Virus record (IMG/VR): IMGVR_UViG_3300027828_000041
Coordinates: 1 to 48,543 of that record
Source of the DNA: a virus
Taxonomy: Duplodnaviria; Caudoviricetes
Length of the DNA stretch: 48,543 bases
Reading direction: 5' to 3' (one strand)
Part shown: piece after piece, positions 1 through 8,472 of the stretch
Numbering within the stretch: the stretch's first letter is position 1
How the letters are laid out: every line of letters begins with the position of its first letter
Position numbers and translations under genes: made by a program
Notes under the pieces: model-generated
Database searches by the model: none
Seen by the model: the letters and a program-made list of their open reading frames with translations, nothing else
Told to the model about the DNA's origin: nothing

Positions 1-155
1 GCTGGACAAAGACTCAGCTACGGGCTGATGTTCAAACCCTCCTCGCCCGTGTCGATGAGTTGGAGTCTGACTGCGCTGCATTGAAGGTGGGCATCGAAGC
101 AATCTCAAGTCTATGCGACCGAAAGGACGCAGAACGCGAACGCCTCAAGGCACAG
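1..155. repeat. Terminal overlap, copy 1 (matches 48389-48543)
   Basis: 1-127 is identical to 48389-48515. Mismatches occur only at positions 128, 140 and 141. Confidence 0.95.
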
Positions 156-341
156 GTTGATGCCCTCGATGAACTGGTTGAGGCTTTAGGGCAAGGCTAT
201 CAGGCAGAAAACGGCTTCTGTGACAGATTTTGTTTGGCTCACCCCGAAAACCAAAATCCGCACAATAATTACAAGTGTGATTGCGGTGGTGATGCGATAC
301 GCAAAGCCCTAGCCAAAGTAGAACAGGGTGCAGAACTATGA
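1..341 (+). CDS. 3' part of a hypothetical coiled-coil/Cys-His protein that starts at 48349 across the join
   Basis: ORF 60..341 is in frame with ATG 48349 through the overlap. The C-terminal part has CDRFC...H...CDC. Confidence 0.7.
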   Translation, partial: WTKTQLRADVQTLLARVDELESDCAALKVGIEAISSLCDRKDAERERLKAQVDALDELVEALGQGYQAENGFCDRFCLAHPENQNPHNNYKCDCGGDAIRKALAKVEQGAEL

Positions 342-523
342 CTGACGATATAGAACAGATACGGGCGCGAGTAAGAAAGGCAAGAAACCGCATAGAAGGC
401 AGCACTGAGCCACGCAATGTGCCTGTAGATGCAGCCAATCAGTGTGCTGTTTCGATAGGCGATGCTGACACCCTGCTCCGCTTGCTGGATGAAGCCCTCG
501 CCAAACTCAAGGAGTGTGAGTGA
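338..523 (+). CDS. Hypothetical protein, paralog-like to the junction ORF
   Basis: ATGA coupling to the previous gene. MTDDIEQIRAR resembles MNDIDDIRAR, and both end in ALAK. Confidence 0.65.
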   Translation: MTDDIEQIRARVRKARNRIEGSTEPRNVPVDAANQCAVSIGDADTLLRLLDEALAKLKECE

Positions 524-777
524 TGACCACTAACAGAGAACAGGTGGCGCGGTGGCTTGGGTGGCAAAAGCTGCACATTGGTTGGAGGGACCCCGACGGG
601 GTTATCTGCCGACAGTTACCGCTGAACGACGCTCTATTCCTCGCCGCCATCAAGCGGGAACTGGAACGGCGCGTAAGGATGATTGCGGTACTGTCATGCC
701 CATTGGCTGATAATGACTTACACAAATCACTAATCAGCAGACATCGTAAACTTAAGGGGCTAAAGAACTATGGCTAA
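520..777 (+). CDS. Hypothetical protein
   Basis: AGGAG RBS; overlaps both neighbours. Confidence 0.6.
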   Translation: MMTTNREQVARWLGWQKLHIGWRDPDGVICRQLPLNDALFLAAIKRELERRVRMIAVLSCPLADNDLHKSLISRHRKLKGLKNYG

Positions 778-1678
778 AGTAGTACAAGGTTGGAAGCCTA
801 TGTTAGCGGTCTCTGCTAACGTAGAGAACCTAGATAAGTTAGACTATCCTGTTAACGTAGAGATTAAGCACGATGGTATTAGGTGTCACATCCTAATGGA
901 TGACGAGGGTAACACAGCGTCCTTCACTAGAGATGGTAACGCACTGTACAGTACTGACAGTATCGAACAGTGGCTTCGTACTAACGTAGACATTACGAAG
1001 ATGTATAAGGAAGGCACTACTGTTATATTTGATGGAGAGCTAGTTAGTCCTGATGGGTTTGAGAAAGCGTCTAGTCTAGCTCGCAGACACCAAGACGCGG
1101 GTAATGACTTAGTGTATGTCATCTTTGATGTCATCACTGTTGATGACTACAAGAACGGTGTGTCAGAAGCATATCACCAAGAAAGGTGGGGCAATTTGTG
1201 GAGGTTGCTTAGTGACCACACCCTGACTGATGGTTGGGAACCTGTGCCAGACACTACGCACATAGTGAGGTTCGCGGACTCTTACGAAGTTACTTCTCCT
1301 ATAGAACTAGAGGAATACTACACGAAAGCCCTTGACTTAGGAGCAGAGGGTATTGTTGCCAAGTCCCCCAATGGGTACTGGTATGCTAAGAAACACACAG
1401 ACTGGGTGAAGATAAAACCAAAGCTCACTGCTTATGTTAAGGTAGTGGGTCTGGTAGTAGGTAAAGGTAAGCACCGAGGTAGGCTCGGTAAACTTATCGT
1501 TGATTACGAAGGTAAACGTGTTGGTGTTGGTACTGGGTTCACTGATACACAGCGCGAGGAGATGTGGAGAACCCAAGCTAATGTCCTTGGTCGTACTGTA
1601 GAGGTAGAGTACCAAGAACTAACTAAGAAAGGGTCACTACGTCACCCTGTCTTTAAACATTTTCGTTACTATAAATAG
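770..1678 (+). CDS. ATP-dependent DNA ligase
   Basis: Motifs EIKHDGIR (KxDG), FDGEL, FDV, EGIVAK, WVKIK and an OB fold (VGTGFT...SLRHPVF). Confidence 0.95.
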   Translation: MAKVVQGWKPMLAVSANVENLDKLDYPVNVEIKHDGIRCHILMDDEGNTASFTRDGNALYSTDSIEQWLRTNVDITKMYKEGTTVIFDGELVSPDGFEKASSLARRHQDAGNDLVYVIFDVITVDDYKNGVSEAYHQERWGNLWRLLSDHTLTDGWEPVPDTTHIVRFADSYEVTSPIELEEYYTKALDLGAEGIVAKSPNGYWYAKKHTDWVKIKPKLTAYVKVVGLVVGKGKHRGRLGKLIVDYEGKRVGVGTGFTDTQREEMWRTQANVLGRTVEVEYQELTKKGSLRHPVFKHFRYYK

Positions 1679-1687
1679 GAAACTATT

Positions 1688-1999
1688 ATGAAATCACGGT
1701 ACGATGTTGACCTTCTTCCTGAAGGTACAGGTTTGTTTATCAAGGTACTGACACAAAGCAACGACCTTGATGGTGCACGTAGAGCCACAGCTCTCGGTCG
1801 TACCATTAAACAAGCCTCTAAGATTAAGTGGATGGCTCATGCTCATGTATATGACCTTGAAACTAAAGAAATTCTAGGTACTGGTGTAGCTATTTGCTCG
1901 CCCAAGGATGTGCCAAATCATAAGACTGGTCGGTTCGTAGCTAGGACTCGTGCCATTAAAGATTACGAAAGCAATCGCTTGAAAGGAGTAGCGGCGTGA
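1688..1999 (+). CDS. Hypothetical phage protein
   Basis: Has an RBS. The GVAICSPKD...GRFVARTRA pattern recurs in small phage proteins. Confidence 0.7.
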   Translation: MKSRYDVDLLPEGTGLFIKVLTQSNDLDGARRATALGRTIKQASKIKWMAHAHVYDLETKEILGTGVAICSPKDVPNHKTGRFVARTRAIKDYESNRLKGVAA

Positions 2000-2454
2000 G
2001 TGCAACTATGACGTTTAATAAGGAAGGGTTCGGTGATACGAACCTTGTTAACCCTGCCCTGTTGGTAACGTTTATGTACGTTATGACAAATCACAGCAAG
2101 AGCAAGAACAAACACTCAGTAGGTAACGCTCTCAACTCAGCACTGCTGGTACTGGTTGACCGTGTACTGGTGTACACCACAGCGCTTGATGCTTGCAACA
2201 ATGCAAGTAGCGAAGAAGAACTAGCGGAAGCTAAAGTTAAATTCGCTGCTGCATCTGAAGCACTGGTGGACATGTTCGATAGCTTCACTGGTTTGGGTGA
2301 AGAGATTATAAGTGAGATGCCTATTGAGATTGATGACATTAAGAAAGATGTTATCGAATGGAAGGAACATCTGGCTAAGACTATTGAGGAGTTCGAAGGT
2401 CTTGGTGATGATGAGATAGTGGCTAAGGTTAAAGAGAAACTAGGAGAAGACTGA
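1996..2454 (+). CDS. Hypothetical helical protein
   Basis: AAGGAG RBS, GTG start, coupled to its neighbours. Confidence 0.7.
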   Translation: MSATMTFNKEGFGDTNLVNPALLVTFMYVMTNHSKSKNKHSVGNALNSALLVLVDRVLVYTTALDACNNASSEEELAEAKVKFAAASEALVDMFDSFTGLGEEIISEMPIEIDDIKKDVIEWKEHLAKTIEEFEGLGDDEIVAKVKEKLGED

Positions 2455-3536
2455 TGGCATCTAGTGAAGATGTACGTAGCAAGCTGTTTGAAACTATTCA
2501 GGAGAACTCAGGGGTGTCAGGCAAACCTCAGAAGGAGGAGATGACTAAACGCACTGCGTACCTAGGTGGTACTCCTACTATTGAAATGCCAGAGGGACAC
2601 GTTGCTTTCAGCTCCTTGTTCTGGAAACCCTCTACTATCCCTGATATTCCAGTGCCTCTATTCAAGGACGAGGACTGGGCTGAGGAAGTAAGAGACCGCA
2701 TCCCTGAGTTCAACGACAAGTACTACCTCAATAAGAAGTACGTTGAAGAAGTGCTGTTCTCTATGCACAACAAGGGTACTGTCCTCCTCTATGGTCCGAC
2801 TGGTACTGGTAAGACTAGTATCTTGGAACAGATTGCAGCCAAGTGTCGCATCCCTTTCTTCCGCGTTAGCTGCCACCCGCAGCAGGAAGCGTCGGAGTTT
2901 CTCGGTACTAACTCAGTAGTGACAGACCCAGAGAGCGGAACGCCTATCACCCAGCATTCGGATACTGACACCACGCTTGCCTTCAAGCATGGTGGTATCT
3001 GGTGTATTGATGAGGCGTTTCGCTCACCAATCCTGCTGTCTATTCAGTCAGGTATTGAGTACCCTCATGTCCTTCAGTTGCAGGATGCACAGGGTTGTGC
3101 TCGTGCCTTGAAAGCACCAGAGGAAAAGTTCTGGGCTATGCTGACAGACAATACCAATGGTACTGGCGACCACACTGGTAGCTTTACTGCTGAGGTGCAG
3201 GACTTGTCAACCCTTAACCGTATCCGTCAGTCAGTGTACGTAGACTACATGTCTCCGACTGAGGAGAAGAAACTGTTGAAGCAGTCCTTCCCTGACATCC
3301 CTGACATGGTACTTAAGGACATGATTAAGATTGCCAACCTGATTCGCAACGCCTTCAAGGAAGGCAAGCTGTTACAGACCATGAGTATCCGTGAGCTTAT
3401 CTCATGGTGTGAACGTCTGGAACTGCTGCGTGATGTGGAAGCTAGCTTCCGTATGGCAGTGTTCAATCGTCTAGTATCTACTGACCAAGAGATTGTTAAG
3501 GATTGCTACAAGCAGGTAACAGCTACTAAACTGTGA
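2454..3536 (+). CDS. MoxR/CbbQ/CobS-like AAA+ ATPase
   Basis: Walker A GPTGTGKTS, Walker B WCIDE, TDNTNG, LNR, and C-terminal MSIRELISW. Confidence 0.9.
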   Translation: MASSEDVRSKLFETIQENSGVSGKPQKEEMTKRTAYLGGTPTIEMPEGHVAFSSLFWKPSTIPDIPVPLFKDEDWAEEVRDRIPEFNDKYYLNKKYVEEVLFSMHNKGTVLLYGPTGTGKTSILEQIAAKCRIPFFRVSCHPQQEASEFLGTNSVVTDPESGTPITQHSDTDTTLAFKHGGIWCIDEAFRSPILLSIQSGIEYPHVLQLQDAQGCARALKAPEEKFWAMLTDNTNGTGDHTGSFTAEVQDLSTLNRIRQSVYVDYMSPTEEKKLLKQSFPDIPDMVLKDMIKIANLIRNAFKEGKLLQTMSIRELISWCERLELLRDVEASFRMAVFNRLVSTDQEIVKDCYKQVTATKL

Positions 3537-3544
3537 GGTGTCTT

Positions 3545-3739
3545 ATGAGCAAAGAGCCTACCGAGTATGAGATTAGGTACTATGATGACCAGAAGAAAGA
3601 AGCTAATGGTCTTATACGTACCTCTTTTACTAGAGACTTAACAGGGTGTATCCTTGATGACTTGTCGGGATTCAAAAAAGACAACCGTAACTGCGATGGT
3701 TTTGTAGTTATTATTAAGGAAGACAAAGACGATGGCTAA
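3545..3739 (+). CDS. Hypothetical protein
   Basis: GAGGTG RBS before ATG 3545. Confidence 0.6.
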   Translation: MSKEPTEYEIRYYDDQKKEANGLIRTSFTRDLTGCILDDLSGFKKDNRNCDGFVVIIKEDKDDG

Positions 3740-5531
3740 GAAACCTAGTATCCTAGATGGGTACACTCTACAACGTGTAGTAGCTCGACGCTGTGCAGCT
3801 AAGGGTATTCGTGTATCCTTTAGCCCTGAAGCTAAGACTGCTTACGCTAAGAAGAATGGTGAGGTAGTGTTCCCATCCTTTAAGATTCCTATGAACGAGA
3901 AGGACTATGCTCTGCTCAGGTACATGTACATCCATGAGCCTCTGCATTTGGATAGACCTGAAGCCTTTGACCTTAAAGAGAAGTACTACAAGGAAGGGGA
4001 TACTAACTCAGAGATTCTGAGTATCATCCATGGGTTCTGTGAAGATGATGTTATGGAGCGACAGCACGCTAAGCTGTACCGTGGTGACGCTGCTGATATG
4101 TCCCTTGGTAATGGGTACTGCATGGCAGATAACCTGAGTATGATTAGGGACAACAACATTGGTGATGTCCCTCTTGATGAGTTCCCTGATGATATTCGTA
4201 CTGCTGCTGTGATGGCTGGCTTGTGTGAAGCAAGCCGTGCTGACTGGGATAACAACGGTGAACCTCTAACAGAGGAGTACCTCAATGCAGTACATCCTAC
4301 TGTTAGGGCAGAGGTCGAACGTCTTATTGAAGAGGGTCTTGTTGACGAACTGCGTGCTGCTGAGACTCCAGAGGAGGCATATAAGGTAGCACAAAAGATA
4401 TTCGTTAAGACTACTGGTGAGGATGAGCCTCCACCTGAAGATGCAGGTGAATGTGAAGGAGACTGTGATGGGTCGCAAGGTGAGGACAGCGAAGAAGGAG
4501 AGGGTAAGAAAGCCAGTAGTTCTGGCATGTCCGAAGTGGATTCCGATGAAGCCCATGGGGACAAGCAGGCAAGGAAGGAGTTCCAGAATGTCAAGTGGGA
4601 AGACCTCGCACTTAGTGACCATAGTAAAGGGAGCATCCTTGACCAAGACCCAGAGGGACAGCATATTGAGTATGACGAGAGATACCTCAATACAGGGGAG
4701 TGGCAACCGCACCCTGATAGTGCTGTTAGGGTGCGTGACTATACTCACAAGTCTGGGCGTAATGATTTGCGCATTAACGACCTAGAATCTAGAGCATTAG
4801 CAAATAGGGTACGTCGTCTTATCCAAGCACGACGTAAGTCTAAGTTTGAATCGGAAAAAGAACATGGTAAAATCCATAACTCAAACCTGTATCGAGTGGC
4901 TTGTCCTCAAGTCGGTGATGGTAGCTGGAATAGAAAGATATTCAAGCGAAGGGTTGACGCTGTTGATATTGATACAGCCGTTACTATCTTGGTAGACTGG
5001 TCTGGCTCTATGTACGGTACTAAAATGCAGGTAGCTGCAAGCGCAGCAGCATCTCTCAATGAGGTATTTAACACGGCACTTAAAGTACCTGTTGAGATAC
5101 TGTCCTTTGCCACCTCTGGAGGTGGTGTTGAGAATGCTATTATCAAACCCTTCCATGAACATGGAGTAAGCTCTGATGATATCGGACACAGGTTCACTAA
5201 GTTTGAGTACCACTCAGGCGGTAATGCTGACGCTGACTCGGTGCTCTGGGCTAACGACAGACTTGAGAAACGGAAGGAACGTCGTAGAATACTACTCGTT
5301 CTATCAGATGGTTCACCAACATGCGCTCACAACTACGGTAGTGCAAGCAAAGGTCTATCTATGGTTGTTGGAGATATTAACCGTAAAGGAGCAGTAGAAA
5401 TATATGGTATTGGTATCTGTGATGATAATGTTAAGTACTATTATGGAGACCATGCCAAGGTAATTAAGCAGGTTGAGGATTTGAACACTGTTCTTATTGA
5501 TACCCTCACTAATCATGTATTAAAACTATAA
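3732..5531 (+). CDS. CobT-like VWA protein with N-terminal HExxH domain and acidic linker
   Basis: HEPLH plus a downstream EDD; acidic linker; MIDAS DWSGS and LVLSDGSP; follows the AAA+ gene. Confidence 0.85.
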   Translation: MAKKPSILDGYTLQRVVARRCAAKGIRVSFSPEAKTAYAKKNGEVVFPSFKIPMNEKDYALLRYMYIHEPLHLDRPEAFDLKEKYYKEGDTNSEILSIIHGFCEDDVMERQHAKLYRGDAADMSLGNGYCMADNLSMIRDNNIGDVPLDEFPDDIRTAAVMAGLCEASRADWDNNGEPLTEEYLNAVHPTVRAEVERLIEEGLVDELRAAETPEEAYKVAQKIFVKTTGEDEPPPEDAGECEGDCDGSQGEDSEEGEGKKASSSGMSEVDSDEAHGDKQARKEFQNVKWEDLALSDHSKGSILDQDPEGQHIEYDERYLNTGEWQPHPDSAVRVRDYTHKSGRNDLRINDLESRALANRVRRLIQARRKSKFESEKEHGKIHNSNLYRVACPQVGDGSWNRKIFKRRVDAVDIDTAVTILVDWSGSMYGTKMQVAASAAASLNEVFNTALKVPVEILSFATSGGGVENAIIKPFHEHGVSSDDIGHRFTKFEYHSGGNADADSVLWANDRLEKRKERRRILLVLSDGSPTCAHNYGSASKGLSMVVGDINRKGAVEIYGIGICDDNVKYYYGDHAKVIKQVEDLNTVLIDTLTNHVLKL

Positions 5532-5540
5532 GGAACTAGT

Positions 5541-5915
5541 ATGGAAACTTATATCCCAAAGCGACCGAAGCTTACTGTCGCAGTGCTTATGGCGTTGGTA
5601 AGTTTGGTAGGTTTAGCATATTCCTTCTTTACTGGGCTGACAATTGCCACCTTTGGTTTCGCTATATCCGTGGTAGCCATGCTGACGTATGCCTACGACA
5701 ACTTCATCCTGTGGCAACACGCAGTTATCTTAGCCAAGGGTGCGTTAGAAACACGAGAGAAACTAAAGGAAGCACAGGGTATTGTGCATGGCTTCTTTAG
5801 TATTGGAGACACTGAGCAACTACGTGATGAAGCACAGAAGTTCCTTGGTAAGGTAGGTGGTTTGCCTACTAAGAAACATAAAGGAGGGAAAGCAGATGAA
5901 TTCCTCAATTTGTAA
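5541..5915 (+). CDS. Membrane protein with two predicted TM helices
   Basis: Two hydrophobic stretches at the N-terminus; AAGGA RBS. Confidence 0.7.
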   Translation: METYIPKRPKLTVAVLMALVSLVGLAYSFFTGLTIATFGFAISVVAMLTYAYDNFILWQHAVILAKGALETREKLKEAQGIVHGFFSIGDTEQLRDEAQKFLGKVGGLPTKKHKGGKADEFLNL

Positions 5916-6108
5916 AGGTTACGTTATTAAACGTAATGATGGTATGTACTACGCTAACTCAGATGAGTTCATAGCTGGTACTGAATGGACATCATCACTA
6001 CTGTGTGCTATGCTGTTCACAGGTGCGTATGACAATGATGAAATACACAGCATAGTATACGACTTCGACAATGTAAAAGTAGTAGCTATCTCCATACAGG
6101 AGGTGTAG
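5896..6108 (+). CDS. Hypothetical protein
   Basis: AAGGAGG RBS before ATG 5896. Confidence 0.6.
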   Translation: MNSSICKGYVIKRNDGMYYANSDEFIAGTEWTSSLLCAMLFTGAYDNDEIHSIVYDFDNVKVVAISIQEV

Positions 6109-6110
6109 CT

Positions 6111-6320
6111 ATGCGATGTCAAGCGTGCAACAAAGAAATGGCTGGCTCAGACTGGCAGTTTGACCGAAGGATTGGTGACTACGACCCACTCTGTGCCGTA
6201 TGTAGAGCGTCAGCCTTTGACGCTATGAATGAACTAGTTGACAAAGAGAAGATGGAAGATGAGCAAATACTTAAGGAGCTACAAGAACAACGACAGTCGC
6301 ATACAAGGGAAGGTGATTAA
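6111..6320 (+). CDS. Small zinc-finger protein
   Basis: CQAC...CAVC; AGGAGGT RBS. Confidence 0.7.
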   Translation: MRCQACNKEMAGSDWQFDRRIGDYDPLCAVCRASAFDAMNELVDKEKMEDEQILKELQEQRQSHTREGD

Positions 6321-7245
6321 GTCCTTAGTGCCTGCTGGTAGCGGCGCAGGTACGTATAGATACAACCACGAGGACTGCCCTGATGGTGAAGATACTAAAA
6401 AGCGTTTGTATATTACAGTGCCTACTGACCAGCCGTGGACTAGGGTAGCCTTCTGCCATAATTGCGGTAGTGTAGGGTACGCTGTTATCCGTAAGGATAG
6501 TTGGGGTGGTAGACCCACGCACTCGATGCTTATGGAAGACGAGCAAGAAGCTGATGATAAACTCAACGCTGCGTTTGGGAAATATCAGGCTGAGACCGCT
6601 CCGGTAAGCCTACAGTGGAGTGGTTCGTGTCAACCTGAAGACTTCAGTGCTGCCGCTCTACGCTTTTTAGGTAGGTCGGGTATTAGCACTAAGGATATAA
6701 ACATGTATGACATACGGTACAATACGTTCACTGATAGTGTAGAAATGTACTTATGTGCTGACATAACAGAAGATAACAATTATCGTAGAGTTCCCGTAGT
6801 GAAAGTAATCCGACCTATGGGCAAGTTTAATGCGCCACCTAAGTACATTATGGAAAGAGACCCGTATATGGAGCAAGAAGATTGCTTGTTGTTTCCAAAC
6901 AACGGAGTGCCTGAAGATTATGACACAGAGGGTATGACATGTGTAATAGTAGAAGATATGCTATCTGCTATCAAGTGTACTAAAGCAGGGTATACTGCGT
7001 ACCCACTGTTAGGTGTGCACACTAGGACTGAACAGCTATTTAAGCTAGCAGATAAACATCAGCATATAGTTATCTGGTTAGATAATGATAACGAAACTGT
7101 GGTTGCGAAAGCTAAAAGTATGGAGCAGTCCATTACTATGTTATTCGGTGAGGAAAAGGTACGTAGGTCTGAGCGTAGTGACCCTAAGAATTATACTACC
7201 ATTGCTATTACCGCAGAGATACATAACCTTATTGAAGGAGAGTAA
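6259..7245 (+). CDS. DNA primase (Zn-binding plus TOPRIM)
   Basis: H-x2-C...CHNC; TOPRIM IVEDMLSAIK and WLDND; DPK motif. Confidence 0.85.
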   Translation: MSKYLRSYKNNDSRIQGKVIKSLVPAGSGAGTYRYNHEDCPDGEDTKKRLYITVPTDQPWTRVAFCHNCGSVGYAVIRKDSWGGRPTHSMLMEDEQEADDKLNAAFGKYQAETAPVSLQWSGSCQPEDFSAAALRFLGRSGISTKDINMYDIRYNTFTDSVEMYLCADITEDNNYRRVPVVKVIRPMGKFNAPPKYIMERDPYMEQEDCLLFPNNGVPEDYDTEGMTCVIVEDMLSAIKCTKAGYTAYPLLGVHTRTEQLFKLADKHQHIVIWLDNDNETVVAKAKSMEQSITMLFGEEKVRRSERSDPKNYTTIAITAEIHNLIEGE

Positions 7246-8472
7246 ATGTCAGGAGATATACAACTACTAGCTCTCTTTGGAGAGCGTGAGTACTTTGACA
7301 AGTACAAGGAGTACATCTCAAACTATGTAGTCCAGAAAGAAACTAAGGTTATCAGTCAGACTGTACGTAAGTGGTACGATGATAACCCTGATGCTGAACA
7401 GGTAGATTGGGAAGACTTTAAACTACAATTCAAAATCAAATACCATCCTGCTTTAAAGGAAATGCAGTATATAGTATTTGAAAAGATAATTGACAACATT
7501 AAAGCAGAAGAGATTAATGAAGATGTTATTGATACCTTTTGTGATATGGATACTGCGGCACGCATTAAGCAAGTCTTAGCAGATAAGAGTGAGGATGCTG
7601 ATACATGGGCAGAAGTTCAAGCTATTATAGATGAAAGGAATTCAGTCGCCACTATTAACCAACAGGAAGAAGAATGTCTAGTAGACATGGACGTTGAACA
7701 TCTAGTGGATACCGTCGTTCTCTCTGGTGGTGTAGAGTGGCGGCTGGATAGGCTAAACGAATCAGTAGGACAGATACATGACTCAGACTTTATCGTGGTG
7801 GGTAAACGACCAGAGACTGGAGGTACGACCTTCCTTACATCGGAGTTCACTTATATGTTGGGTCAACTACCAGACAACCAAAACGCAATTATCTTCAATA
7901 ATGAAGAAGGCGGAGAGAAAGTTGGATTGCGCGTTCTTCAATCTGCACTTAACAATACAACTGGTGAGGTGCTTGTTGACCCTGCTGCGGCTAACATTGA
8001 GTTTCAAAAATTCTTGGATGGTCGCCGCTTGGACGTATACCACAAACCAGCACTATCAATCTACGATATTGAACGACAACTCAAGGACGGTAACTATGGA
8101 CTCATAGGTATCAACGTACTTGAAAAGGTTAGTGGTTTCAATAACTTAGATGATGTTAGTAGACGGCAGCGGCTCGCTGAGTGGTGTCGTATCATGGCAG
8201 ATAAGTATGGTGCTGTGTTCGCAATCATTCAGGCTGACGGGACAGCAGAAGGTGAGAAGTACTTGAACATGTCTCAGTTGTACGGTAGCAAGACTGGTGT
8301 ACAAGGTGAGATTGATGTACTAATTATGATTGGTAAAGACCCTACTGTTGATGACAAACGATACTTTAGTATTGCCAAGAACAAGAAGCCTACCACTGGT
8401 AGGATGCAGCCTGCACTTAAGCACGCTAAGTTCGAGGCAGACTTTGATGAAGAGAGAGGTAGATTCACATGA
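7246..8472 (+). CDS. DnaB/SF4-like replicative helicase with deviant Walker motifs
   Basis: RPETG-GTT P-loop, NNEE, QAD, YGSKTGVQGEID, AKNK; lies between primase and polymerase. Confidence 0.85.
   Translation: MSGDIQLLALFGEREYFDKYKEYISNYVVQKETKVISQTVRKWYDDNPDAEQVDWEDFKLQFKIKYHPALKEMQYIVFEKIIDNIKAEEINEDVIDTFCDMDTAARIKQVLADKSEDADTWAEVQAIIDERNSVATINQQEEECLVDMDVEHLVDTVVLSGGVEWRLDRLNESVGQIHDSDFIVVGKRPETGGTTFLTSEFTYMLGQLPDNQNAIIFNNEEGGEKVGLRVLQSALNNTTGEVLVDPAAANIEFQKFLDGRRLDVYHKPALSIYDIERQLKDGNYGLIGINVLEKVSGFNNLDDVSRRQRLAEWCRIMADKYGAVFAIIQADGTAEGEKYLNMSQLYGSKTGVQGEIDVLIMIGKDPTVDDKRYFSIAKNKKPTTGRMQPALKHAKFEADFDEERGRFT

Noticed and set aside
1-155. Physical direct terminal repeat, or a DGR template/variable repeat pair
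   Set aside because: The repeat falls mid-gene and its exact part is 127 bp, typical of assembly overlap. Mismatched adenines occur in both copies, and no reverse transcriptase is encoded.
3986-4785. Long antisense or alternate-frame ORFs (for example 3986-4690, and similar ones across the genome)
   Set aside because: They are shadows of well-supported genes, with no RBS or recognisable motifs.
2454-5531. Cobalamin biosynthesis genes (cobS/cobT) supplying the class II RNR
   Set aside because: No CobN or other cob genes are present. MoxR/VWA pairs are common in phages without a B12 role.
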